This document shows, in pieces, positions 9,611-19,057 of a DNA stretch of 64,000 nucleotides. The position numbers were made by a program, and so were the translations under genes. Numbering within the stretch: the stretch's first letter is position 1; the number at the start of each line of letters is the position of its first letter. This stretch comes from Elusimicrobiota bacterium (GTDB taxonomy: Bacteria > Elusimicrobiota > Elusimicrobia > F11): positions 93,097 to 157,096 of the forward strand of contig JBJXGI010000042.1 in assembly GCA_046153645.1 (NCBI GenBank). The letters run 5' to 3'. The notes below the pieces were generated by a model. It was not told the origin of the DNA. It saw only the letters and a list, made by a program, of their open reading frames with translations, and ran no database searches.

Positions 9611-10171
9611 TTATAACGTTGTCCGCTTCATTGATTCAGCCCTAAAAGTATAAGTAGTATCTTTTGTTAAGGGTATTTTTAATCGAAAAATAATTTCGGC
9701 CGATTGGCAGTAGGAAGTGCAACCACTAGGCAAACCTTTAAAAATCCCATCACTTAGTGTGGGAGGTAAAAGGAGGTTTGTTAAAAGAAACCGATCACCT
9801 CTCCCTTCACCTGGAAATTCTTCAGTTCTTTTGAGAAAAGTTTTTCCAGCTTCAGCTGTATACTGATAAGTTATTGTTCCGGTTTGAACAGGATCAAATA
9901 AACTAGGGTTCGTAAAATTATATTTTTTAAAATTAAAGGTGTTAAGGATAAGGGTCGTTGAACTGGTATGAACAATGGCACGACAATTTCGAACTTCTCT
10001 AACTACACCATATAAAACAGTTTGGATTTGTTCTTGAGCTGTAATAAGGGCGCGTTGTCTGGCAAAATCGTTAATGATACGAATACCAATTTCAGTCATG
10101 GCATAAACAATTCCTAAAACAGCAGCAACCATGGCCATTTCAGCCACTGTGAATCCTTTTTTATTTTTCAC
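9611..10171 (-). CDS. Prepilin-type (class III signal peptide) minor pilin or pseudopilin
   Basis: The N-terminus is MKNKKGFTVAEMAMVAAVLGIV. This gives G at -1, F at +1 and E at +5, followed by a hydrophobic helix. Confidence 0.8.
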   Translation of the reverse strand: MKNKKGFTVAEMAMVAAVLGIVYAMTEIGIRIINDFARQRALITAQEQIQTVLYGVVREVRNCRAIVHTSSTTLILNTFNFKKYNFTNPSLFDPVQTGTITYQYTAEAGKTFLKRTEEFPGEGRGDRFLLTNLLLPPTLSDGIFKGLPSGCTSYCQSAEIIFRLKIPLTKDTTYTFRAESMKRTTL

Positions 10172-10179
10172 TTTTATTC

Positions 10180-13122
10180 TTATAATCCCCCACCGCCGCC
10201 ACCACCTCCACCAGATCCTTTTCGGTTCATTAATACTATATCAGTTCGAGACATGGGCAGGCCACTAACTTCGTCATAATTATACCCTTCAAATTCAGGT
10301 GTGTTGACATCATGAAAATCAACATGGGCAATGTAATGTGAAAAATTCCCCCCTTGGTAAGGAAAAAATACTTCATTTGGGAACCCGTAATATCCATTTT
10401 CATCGGTTAAAGATGATGTTTGAACCCAAGATTTTTGACCTTGCGCGTCTTGAACTGTCTTTTTTAACCAAACAATCGCCCCTGCAATAGGAGGGTTGCC
10501 GCTTGTATTTTCTCTGACATATCCATCAATCAAAGTAGCCTTTGCTTCTTTTACTACTTCAATATCAGGACCTGAAAATCCATCGACACCCAAACCACCA
10601 GCATTTAGATTATAAGAATATAAAGGGCCAGACTGAGGACCAGGAAAATTGAAGAACCAATTTTCATTTACAACTGTGTCGTTTTTAACAGTTAAATAAA
10701 ACTTATCCCAAGTTTCCACTGGATTACTAGGAATGACAACAGTGTAATTATTATGGTGCGTTCGTGGTTGTAATTTTAGAGGAGTAGACCAACCAGAATA
10801 TTCATTATAAGAGCGAACATTATTTGCCCAACTATCAGGACCGTCAAATAGCCCATTTGTGACTCTCACATTCCTGGTAACAACGTCATTAAAATCAACT
10901 CGTGTATAATCAATGACAAGATCATTAATATCAACATCTGCAGAGGGTAAAACAACATGGGGGTAAGCATAAACCCCTCCACCAATATCTCTTCTGACTT
11001 TAACAATCCCTTTTACCTTTCCATAAAAATCTTTTGAAGTTGGAGTGCCATCTTTAGCCAAATACCTAAATACGGTTTTATCTTGCCCTAGATTGGGAGG
11101 TAACGGTAGACTCAAATCCCCACTAAAATTATAAGTTTGGCTCACACCGGCTGTGATAACAGTGTCGATTTGTTTCTTATATTTTAAAACCGCTTTGTCA
11201 CTATTACCTCCCGAAAATTCAACATAACCAAAGCCTCTTTCCCAAGGTTTAGCTGCATCAGGAATAAATAGGTCCCACATAGAATGGACAATATGAATAT
11301 CATAAGGGTCCAACAAAGAAGGCGTGAACGGATCGTCACCACCCACATTATTTACAATGCGGATTTCGCCACTGAGATTAGAAAGTGAATCTCGATTCAA
11401 AAAATAAATATCTTTTGTATTCCCAAGAGCGAGTCCACCTGTTTTAACTTTGAGATTAAACCCACCAACGGTTGTTTGAAGATTGGCGCTATTACGTATA
11501 GGAACAGGCAATTCATAATTATTACCATAATAACTGGCATAATCCGAAATCAATAACATTTTGGCCTCTTCGAAAGTATTGGCAAGGGAATTAAAAGTTA
11601 TTTCATTTATCGAATTTTGTAGCGCTGGTTGAACCAAAATAGGAGTTAACGGAGCTGGAACCGCATAATCGGCTTGAGTTGTGTCAAAAGAAGTTCGTAA
11701 AGCAACCTCGTTCCATTGTTGCGCGTAATCTATTCCTTTTTCAAGCATTGTGGGGGTAAAATTGTTTATCTGGAAGACTCCATTTATAGCAACCTGTTCA
11801 ATAAAATTCCCAATCCCATTCCACTGAGGAATATGGGGACAATATCCCTCAAGATAACAATACCCAAGCATACTCTGCCGCAAATAATATCTTACATTGG
11901 AACCAGTCAGAGTTTGAAAAGCATCGTAATAAATTTTGATTTTGGCGTTTGCATTAATCACTGAACCCACAACTATTTCAGCGGCGTTACCAAGAGTAAC
12001 TGAAACAGGTTTAATGAATCCTTTAATTGAGCCTTTTTTGGGAATATCATAAGTTTCAGTTATTGTCCCTTCTGGAGGTAACGTTACAGTCGGCCCCGTA
12101 TAAACGCCAAAAAAGAGAGAGTCGGTTGTATCCACTCCAGGGTATTCTGTATTACCCAAAAAAACCGGAGCATAATCGCCAGGAGGAAGAGAATCGATTG
12201 TGGCAATCCCATCGACACCGGTATTTACTTTTTTAACAAAGTGTTGGTTCGCCCAAGCATTTCCAAAAATTTCCCTTAATGGATCAGCATACGGCAAAAG
12301 GTCCATTCCTTGAGTCATGCCATTATTAACCTTTATATTACTAGGATCATCAATGTCGCGTACTTCGATTTTAAGTTTACTCAACAAATACCCTTCAATG
12401 GGAGTATCAAAAAAAGTGGTTTCAGTTTGAGCCGCATGAGTGGGACCCGTTCTCCAACTAGGACCAGAGAGAACGTATTTGTTACCTCCATAATTAAAAT
12501 AACAAACGGGAGAACCTGTCACGGTGAAGGGAATGCCCTGAATTTTATCAATAGCAACATCTTCTAAAGTTAATTCTCCATCAGAATTGGTAAAACCATA
12601 CCGAGTTAAAGATTGACCACGCATTTCAATTTTTACACCAGCAATCCCTTCTGAGGGAACATTGGCTCGAACGACTTTAAATTTAACATTAGCCCCAGGA
12701 GAATAAGCTCGAACCTGAGAGATAGAAAAATTCATTTCTTTGGTTCTTTCTTCATTATTTTCTTTCCAAAGAGCTTTTATCTTAACAGTTCTTGTGCGAT
12801 TATCAGAACGAACCGGATCTATCCAGGCAAGTACCTTTATATCTCTGTCATATATATCGGGGTCAGGATATTGTTTGCCCGCAGTGCCACTGGCAGTCAT
12901 GGTATCGAACTTATAGGACGCTTCGTATCGTATGAGCTCTGTGACACTTCTTAATTTTGCATTAACTCTTGTTCTATTATTGACGTTCACTCCTCCAATA
13001 GAAAATGAGCGTTGAACAACCATGGCCGAAGCCAACACAAAAACAAGAATACCCACTCCTACTAAAAGTTCAGCGAGCGTGACACCAGAAAATTTCTTAT
13101 TTCGTTTATTAGAGTTCAACAT
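10180..13122 (-). CDS. Giant prepilin-type protein of 980 aa with a poly-Gly C-terminus; a modular pilin or adhesin.
   Basis: The N-terminus is KKFSGVTLAELLVGVGILVF, with G at -1 and E at +5. About 930 aa of beta-rich sequence follows. The C-terminus is GSGGGGGGGGGL. It is a paralogue of the 13226..16210 gene. Confidence 0.75.
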   Translation of the reverse strand: MLNSNKRNKKFSGVTLAELLVGVGILVFVLASAMVVQRSFSIGGVNVNNRTRVNAKLRSVTELIRYEASYKFDTMTASGTAGKQYPDPDIYDRDIKVLAWIDPVRSDNRTRTVKIKALWKENNEERTKEMNFSISQVRAYSPGANVKFKVVRANVPSEGIAGVKIEMRGQSLTRYGFTNSDGELTLEDVAIDKIQGIPFTVTGSPVCYFNYGGNKYVLSGPSWRTGPTHAAQTETTFFDTPIEGYLLSKLKIEVRDIDDPSNIKVNNGMTQGMDLLPYADPLREIFGNAWANQHFVKKVNTGVDGIATIDSLPPGDYAPVFLGNTEYPGVDTTDSLFFGVYTGPTVTLPPEGTITETYDIPKKGSIKGFIKPVSVTLGNAAEIVVGSVINANAKIKIYYDAFQTLTGSNVRYYLRQSMLGYCYLEGYCPHIPQWNGIGNFIEQVAINGVFQINNFTPTMLEKGIDYAQQWNEVALRTSFDTTQADYAVPAPLTPILVQPALQNSINEITFNSLANTFEEAKMLLISDYASYYGNNYELPVPIRNSANLQTTVGGFNLKVKTGGLALGNTKDIYFLNRDSLSNLSGEIRIVNNVGGDDPFTPSLLDPYDIHIVHSMWDLFIPDAAKPWERGFGYVEFSGGNSDKAVLKYKKQIDTVITAGVSQTYNFSGDLSLPLPPNLGQDKTVFRYLAKDGTPTSKDFYGKVKGIVKVRRDIGGGVYAYPHVVLPSADVDINDLVIDYTRVDFNDVVTRNVRVTNGLFDGPDSWANNVRSYNEYSGWSTPLKLQPRTHHNNYTVVIPSNPVETWDKFYLTVKNDTVVNENWFFNFPGPQSGPLYSYNLNAGGLGVDGFSGPDIEVVKEAKATLIDGYVRENTSGNPPIAGAIVWLKKTVQDAQGQKSWVQTSSLTDENGYYGFPNEVFFPYQGGNFSHYIAHVDFHDVNTPEFEGYNYDEVSGLPMSRTDIVLMNRKGSGGGGGGGGGL

Positions 13123-13225
13123 TTGAGTTCAACCAACCAAGTTATATCTAGAAACAATATAACCCCCAAGAACTCAAAATGTCAGGGTTTTATTTATAGA
13201 AAAGAACTACGAAATATATTGATAA

Positions 13226-16210
13226 TCAAAAATTTCCACCGGGACCACCACCACCACCCCCAGCACCATTTCTAATCATCAAAACCTCAACATTTTCGGA
13301 GTAAGGATAACCACTTGATTCATCGTAATTATAACCTTCACTCCAGGGCCGAAGAACGGCCCCAAAATCAACATTAAAATAACTCATTTGAATGTTATTA
13401 CCTGGATAAGGGAAATAAGGAACATTATTAAAAGAATAATATCCGTTCACGTCAGTTGTCGTATTTAATTGTGACTCACCTTGAGTACCATCGGGATTAC
13501 GAATGGTTCTTTTTAAAAAAACAACAACACCTTGAATAGGAGGATAGGGGGTCGAAGCCAAAAGCTCTTTTGTATATCCTTCAACCAAACCTGTTTTGGC
13601 TTCTAAAACCACTTCAAGGGCGGGACCGGAAAAACCGTCAACCCCAGGACCGCCGGCATTTAAACTATATTGATACATCGGGCCGCCAAACCCAGGGAAA
13701 TTAGAAATCCAGTTTTGTGCCGGATCCGTATCTCCTGTTACACCTAGATAAAATCGATCCCATTTTAAAACAGGCGTATTAGGGACAATGACGTCTAAGT
13801 TCGTTTCCTCTCCAGGGTTTAATTTGGTCGGAGTTGACCAAGTTTCATACGTGTCATAAGAACGGACATTATTGGGCCAACTATCAGCGGGGTCAAATAA
13901 TTGATCGGTTATTAATACATTCCGAGTCGTGGTATCACCAAAATCAAGTCGGGTATAGGCTATGGTTAATTCATCAATATCTACCTGGCTGGTTGGTAAA
14001 TTAATTTGAGGATATGAAATGATACCACCTGTATTTCTTTTTACTTTCACCTTCGCATCAACCACACCAAAAAAAGATTTGGTGTGATTAGTCGCATCTT
14101 GAGCTGAATACTTGAATACTGTTTTATCTTGTCCAAGATTTGGCGGCAAGGGGAAGGGTAGGCCTCCAGGCATCGCAAAAGTATATGTTTGTTTGTTTGG
14201 AATACTCACGAGGTCAATATCCGAATCAACCCGAACCGCACTTCGAATAATCGCTTTATTTGGATCACCACCTATAAAATCTACATATCCAAAGCCTCTT
14301 TCCCATGGTTTTAAAGGATCTGGAATATTACCAGCGAAATTGGGAAACCCAGGGTCGTACCATAATATTGCAACATTGTGCGCATCTCCCGGGTCGGAAA
14401 AATTGGCTGGGGCCCAATGGTTACTTCCTCCAACACCATCTGATATGCGAATTTCGCCTGTCAAATTTGCAAGGGAATCGCGATTTAAAAAATAAATATC
14501 TTTGTTATTACCAGTCACCAATCCACCCAATTTAATTCGAACATCCCAATCAGAAACTGCAGTGGTACCACCACCAGTATCTCTTATAGGAATAGAAATT
14601 TGAAAAGGATTACCAAACCTATCGGTAATGTCTGTTAGTAATATCATTTTCAAATCATCATAGTCAGCTGGAGGAAACGCAGGGCTATTATTAGGAGTTT
14701 GATTTTTATGTTGAACTAAAATAGGGGTAACAGGTGCGGGTATAAAATAATTTGTTGCCCCGCTATCCATTGAAGGTCGAAATGACACTAAGCTCGTCTG
14801 ATTATTATTAGTAGAAAGGTTACTAGGGTTACTGGTTAAAGCGCCTGAACGAACAGCAAAATTTGGAGTAATATTATTAATTAAATAATTTCCGCCATTT
14901 AATACGATGTCAAACCAATTACCAAAAACATTCCCCAAAGACAAATGTGAGCATTGGTTGTTTCTAAAACAGTCGGCTGCGATCGTTCCAGACATCAATG
15001 TTTCAACATTTAAAGGATCAAAAACTTTATAAAAATCAAAATAAAATCTTAATTTCATAGAAGTTGCTACATTGGCGCCAACACTTACTTGTGGCACTGC
15101 GAGAAGAGCAGCAGACACACTTTTAATATTGCCTCCCATGGCTCCTTTTTTGGGAACTTGGACATTAATCACTTTGGTCTCTTCCACCCCAAGCGTATTT
15201 TGATGAGCAAAATTTGTATGAGAATCTAAAAGTTCTAATGCGGGATGTTCTGGGGACCCTAAAAAAACCGCTTCATAATCTCCCGGGGGAAGACCTGAAA
15301 CAATGGCCTCTCCATTTGTGAATGGGGCACCAGTTGTCGCATCGCTCGTATAGGGGTGATAAGGAAAAATAATTTTCAATTCATTGGAAACTGTTTTTTC
15401 CCGAATTCGAATTCTAGCACCATCTACAAGAGTATTCGTTGGGTCATCGGTAACGACAAATTTATATTTTGAAAGAAGGTATCCTTGAATCGGGGTAACG
15501 AAATGAGTGTCATCTGTTTGCCCAGGAGAAGTAGGCCCTGTTCTCCAAGAAGGACCGGTCAGAAAATACTTATTTGTTCCACCATCATTAAAATAGCAAA
15601 CCGGAATACCTGAAACAGTCATACTAGCCCCAAACACAGAATCAGCATAAACATCATCTAATGTGAGAGACCCATCTGCAGCAGTAAAACCCAAACGAAT
15701 TCCATTTTGACCATGAACTTCAATTTTTACATTTTGAATACCTTCAGCGGGATTAACGGCTCGCACCACTTTGAAACGAGCTCTCGCTGCAGGCGCAATG
15801 GCTTTAACAAGACCAATAGAAAAAACCGATGTTTTTGATTTTTCTTGATCACCCTCTTTCCACTTAGCAAGAAGTTCAACTCTTCTTGTTCTATTATTGG
15901 AATCGATGGGGCCAATCCAGGCAAAAACTTTAATATCACGATCATATATATCTGGATTTGGAAGTTGAAGGGCAGTAGGGGTGGCTGTCATAACAGCGAA
16001 ATCATAAGAAGCGCGGTACCTCAATTCTTCACTAACGCTTCTTAACTTTGAATTAACTCGGGTTCGATTATTAACACTGACCCCACCTCTAGAAAAAGAT
16101 TTCTCAACAACAAGAGCGGAAGTCAAAATAAAAAGAAGAAGAGCCACTCCCACCAAGATTTCGGGGAGAGTAATTCCGGCATTTTTCTTTAGTCTGGTAC
16201 AATTTTTCAT
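13226..16210 (-). CDS. Giant prepilin-type protein of 994 aa; tandem paralogue of the 980-aa pilin.
   Basis: The N-terminus is KKNAGITLPEILVGVALLLF, with G at -1 and E at +5. It shares blocks with the downstream gene (CYFN.GG, LSGPSWRTGPT, IYFLNRDSL.NL.GEIRI, KPWERGFGYV, LPLPPNLGQDKTVF, RNV..T, SLNAGG.GVDGFSGP). The C-terminus is GAGGGGGGPGGNF. Confidence 0.75.
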   Translation of the reverse strand: MKNCTRLKKNAGITLPEILVGVALLLFILTSALVVEKSFSRGGVSVNNRTRVNSKLRSVSEELRYRASYDFAVMTATPTALQLPNPDIYDRDIKVFAWIGPIDSNNRTRRVELLAKWKEGDQEKSKTSVFSIGLVKAIAPAARARFKVVRAVNPAEGIQNVKIEVHGQNGIRLGFTAADGSLTLDDVYADSVFGASMTVSGIPVCYFNDGGTNKYFLTGPSWRTGPTSPGQTDDTHFVTPIQGYLLSKYKFVVTDDPTNTLVDGARIRIREKTVSNELKIIFPYHPYTSDATTGAPFTNGEAIVSGLPPGDYEAVFLGSPEHPALELLDSHTNFAHQNTLGVEETKVINVQVPKKGAMGGNIKSVSAALLAVPQVSVGANVATSMKLRFYFDFYKVFDPLNVETLMSGTIAADCFRNNQCSHLSLGNVFGNWFDIVLNGGNYLINNITPNFAVRSGALTSNPSNLSTNNNQTSLVSFRPSMDSGATNYFIPAPVTPILVQHKNQTPNNSPAFPPADYDDLKMILLTDITDRFGNPFQISIPIRDTGGGTTAVSDWDVRIKLGGLVTGNNKDIYFLNRDSLANLTGEIRISDGVGGSNHWAPANFSDPGDAHNVAILWYDPGFPNFAGNIPDPLKPWERGFGYVDFIGGDPNKAIIRSAVRVDSDIDLVSIPNKQTYTFAMPGGLPFPLPPNLGQDKTVFKYSAQDATNHTKSFFGVVDAKVKVKRNTGGIISYPQINLPTSQVDIDELTIAYTRLDFGDTTTRNVLITDQLFDPADSWPNNVRSYDTYETWSTPTKLNPGEETNLDVIVPNTPVLKWDRFYLGVTGDTDPAQNWISNFPGFGGPMYQYSLNAGGPGVDGFSGPALEVVLEAKTGLVEGYTKELLASTPYPPIQGVVVFLKRTIRNPDGTQGESQLNTTTDVNGYYSFNNVPYFPYPGNNIQMSYFNVDFGAVLRPWSEGYNYDESSGYPYSENVEVLMIRNGAGGGGGGPGGNF

Positions 16211-16366
16211 AAAAACCTCGAGTCGAAACTCAATTTAATACTGTCATTTTACCTATAACTCAATAAAAAGAAACAAATTTCATCGTCGGAATAGCGATAA
16301 AAATAGCTGACTATCAACAACTATAAAAAGTTTACAAATACTTAATCGAAAATTAAGACGATTTTC

Positions 16367-17413
16367 TTGAAAATTAAACTAAGTTTAAGCTATCGCTTGC
16401 AGATCTGTGTTTCTGGGCATAGGCTGTATCTTGTGAAAATACTAATTGATTTCTCTCCAAAATCACTCATCAGTCCCCTTATTCTAATTGCCATACTCAT
16501 TATCACATCTTATTTTTTACCTTGGATGACATTTGTGACCCTCATTGTTGGAGGTGTGGCCTATTTTTCTTGGGCAAAGCGAAAAAACTTACTTTTATCC
16601 GAACTTGTAAAGGGATTAAAACAAATCTCAAATGGTCAATTAGACATCTCTATGGATATTCCCAAAGATAAAGAATTTTCTGAAGCAATGACGACATTCA
16701 ATAAAATGGTGGAAGGTCTCCAAGAACGAGATCGGATGAGACATTCCTTGGGAAGAATTATGGATCCCAAGATTGCTGAAATCCTTATAAAAGAAAATCC
16801 CAAAGTCGGCGGATTACGCCGCGAAGCTACAATTTTGTTTTGCGATATTAGAAACTATACTTCTTTATGCGAAGAAATGACCGTCGATGAATTACAACTT
16901 TTTCTTAATGACTATTGGACAGGAACAGTTGAAATCATTATGGAAGAAGAAGGAACCATTGATAAGTTTCATGGAGACGGCGTTTGCGTTGTATTTGGGG
17001 CCCCTAACCTTCATGAGGACGACCCCTTGCGTGCTGTAAAAACCGCCTGGAAACTAGTGCAAAATGTGGAAATCTTAAATATCAAAAGGGAGAGTCAGCG
17101 CAAAACACCTATTAATATTGGCGTAGGAATCCATACGGGAGAGGTCATTGCTGGACATATCGGCTCAGAACGGAGGATGGATTACACGGTTGTGGGAGAT
17201 GTCGTCAATGTAGCCGCACGAATTGAAGAACTCAACAAAAAATTTGGTACAAAAATCCTTATTAGCGACAATGTCTATGAGAAAGTAGAACCTTACGTAA
17301 AAGTAAAAACATTAACTTTAGCTCACCTAAGAGGGCACAAACGCCCCATTTTAGTTCATACCGTAAGAGAGCTTCTGCAAGATAAAGACCAACAAATAAA
17401 GAAAGCAGCTTAA
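16367..17413 (+). CDS. Membrane-anchored HAMP-domain class III adenylate/guanylate cyclase
   Basis: Two N-terminal transmembrane helices, a HAMP-like linker, and a cyclase catalytic domain (ATILFCDIRNYTSL, FHGDGVCVVFGAP, GIHTGEVIAGHIGSERRMDYTVVGDVVNVAARIEE). Confidence 0.8.
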   Translation: MKIKLSLSYRLQICVSGHRLYLVKILIDFSPKSLISPLILIAILIITSYFLPWMTFVTLIVGGVAYFSWAKRKNLLLSELVKGLKQISNGQLDISMDIPKDKEFSEAMTTFNKMVEGLQERDRMRHSLGRIMDPKIAEILIKENPKVGGLRREATILFCDIRNYTSLCEEMTVDELQLFLNDYWTGTVEIIMEEEGTIDKFHGDGVCVVFGAPNLHEDDPLRAVKTAWKLVQNVEILNIKRESQRKTPINIGVGIHTGEVIAGHIGSERRMDYTVVGDVVNVAARIEELNKKFGTKILISDNVYEKVEPYVKVKTLTLAHLRGHKRPILVHTVRELLQDKDQQIKKAA

Positions 17414-18402
17414 AGAAGAGAAGCGGTAATCTGAGCGTTGGTAGGGTACTTATTCAGTAAATCAGAAAGAGCTTGAGCCGCATCAACTTCATTCATACTG
17501 GCCAAAGCAGCACGAAGAGTTCGATTGGCTTTTAATTCTTCAGGAGAAAAAAGGAGTTCTTCTTTTCTAGTTCCAGACTCACGAACATTAATAGCTGGAA
17601 AAATTCTCCGATCTGAAACATCTCGTGATAAAACCAATTCCATGTTCCCAGTCCCTTTAAATTCTTGAAAAATAACATCGTCCATTCGGCTTCCGGTTTC
17701 AACAAGAATGGTGGCTAAAATTCCAAGGGATCCTGGACCTTCAATGTTCCTGGCTGTACCAAATATTTTTCGCGGAATTAAGAGTCCATTGGCATCAACT
17801 CCACCTGACATGGTGCGGCCCCCACCACGCATCGCACTATTATGAACTCGCGCTAAACGAGTTAAGGAATCAATAAGAATCATCACATCTTGGCCAGCAT
17901 TGGCTTGTTCTACGGCTTGTTTGATCAATTCATTGGCAACACGAATATGATTTTCATACGGTTGATCAGAAGTTGAAAAACGGACTTCGGCAGTAACGCT
18001 TCTTTTAAAATCGGTCACTTCTTCCGGGCGTTCATCAACCAGCAAACAATAAACTTTCAAATTGGGATCGGCTTTAGTAAGAGCCATACAAATGTGTTTT
18101 AGAAAAGTTGTCTTACCAGATTTTGGGGGAGAAACAATCAGACCTCTTTGACCTTTTCCGATGGGACAAATGAGATCCATAGCTCGAACCGTATGCTCAG
18201 ACAAACCTTTTTCTAAAAGAATTCTGGGTGCTGGATCAATGGAAACTTTATCGAAAAATTCTCGCTGAGCAGCACTGGGCTGCTGAAAATTTTGCTGGGG
18301 ACGTTGGCCATTATTATTAAATGGGCGTCTAAATTTATTATTGCCTTGCTGAAAAGGGCGTTCACCGAAACGTTTACGGCGCGGCTTATTATTAGAAAAC
18401 AT
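17410..18402 (-). CDS. rho: Transcription termination factor Rho, ATPase domain only. The N-terminal RNA-binding domain is replaced by a roughly 45-aa R/Q/N-rich tail.
   Basis: Walker A motif GKGQRGLIVSPPKSGKT, followed by LVDERPEEVTDF, SLTRLARVHN and MSGGVDANGL...TARN (Q- and R-loops). These align with E. coli Rho from about residue 118. No OB-fold is present. The upstream ORF is an unrelated membrane protein. Confidence 0.85.
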   Translation of the reverse strand: MFSNNKPRRKRFGERPFQQGNNKFRRPFNNNGQRPQQNFQQPSAAQREFFDKVSIDPAPRILLEKGLSEHTVRAMDLICPIGKGQRGLIVSPPKSGKTTFLKHICMALTKADPNLKVYCLLVDERPEEVTDFKRSVTAEVRFSTSDQPYENHIRVANELIKQAVEQANAGQDVMILIDSLTRLARVHNSAMRGGGRTMSGGVDANGLLIPRKIFGTARNIEGPGSLGILATILVETGSRMDDVIFQEFKGTGNMELVLSRDVSDRRIFPAINVRESGTRKEELLFSPEELKANRTLRAALASMNEVDAAQALSDLLNKYPTNAQITASLL

Positions 18403-18418
18403 TATGTATTTAAATCCT

Positions 18419-19057
18419 TTAAGGTTGGGGCGTTATTGGTTTTGGTTTTTCTAATTTAGAAGCTTTAATAAGAATAAGGATACCTAAGGTTAGAAAAAAT
18501 GCAAAAAAGAGGAAACCAACAATCAATGTCTGCTTTATATTAGCAGCTTCAGCGGAAATAAGCAAAATAGAATGTGTTTTCCCTTCCATGCCACCGGTGT
18601 AAATAGAGCTTAAATTATATACACCTGCCTCAGGAATGACGAAATTAAATAGGGGGAGCCCTTGGAAACCCAACCGATTAAAGGCTTGACCAGCCGAGTT
18701 CATAACAACAGAAACCTCTTCATAAGTATCTTTAGACATCAGTCGTACGCTCATTTTAGTTAGCTCATTGATGGGTAAAGGTTCAGATCCTTTGTGTTGA
18801 TAAACACCTGCATAGAGACCAGGTCGCTTTAAATCAAGCTCATAAAATCCAGGTAGATTTAATAATCTCATTTTGTCGCTTCCACCAAAACTTTCCCATA
18901 AACTAAATCCAAGAACAGTCAATGCGACCAAAATGCAAAAAAGACCTCCCCCAATAAAAACCCCAAGTGGGATTGAACTTCGATGAGGAGTACGAGATTT
19001 TATTTCAGTATTCATTTTTACCATTAGTTCCACCATCCATAAAAATTTCGCTGCCAA
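18419..19057 (-). CDS. Hypothetical membrane protein with two transmembrane helices
   Basis: ORF with an N-terminal and a C-terminal hydrophobic helix. No recognisable domain. Confidence 0.4.
   Translation of the reverse strand: MAAKFLWMVELMVKMNTEIKSRTPHRSSIPLGVFIGGGLFCILVALTVLGFSLWESFGGSDKMRLLNLPGFYELDLKRPGLYAGVYQHKGSEPLPINELTKMSVRLMSKDTYEEVSVVMNSAGQAFNRLGFQGLPLFNFVIPEAGVYNLSSIYTGGMEGKTHSILLISAEAANIKQTLIVGFLFFAFFLTLGILILIKASKLEKPKPITPQP

Noticed and set aside
11716-12567. Plus-strand ORFs inside the giant pilin genes (11716..11964, 12027..12236, 12310..12567, 14112..14535, 15845..16045)
   Set aside because: These are antisense shadows of 3-kb genes with clear paralogous protein conservation and no independent signals.
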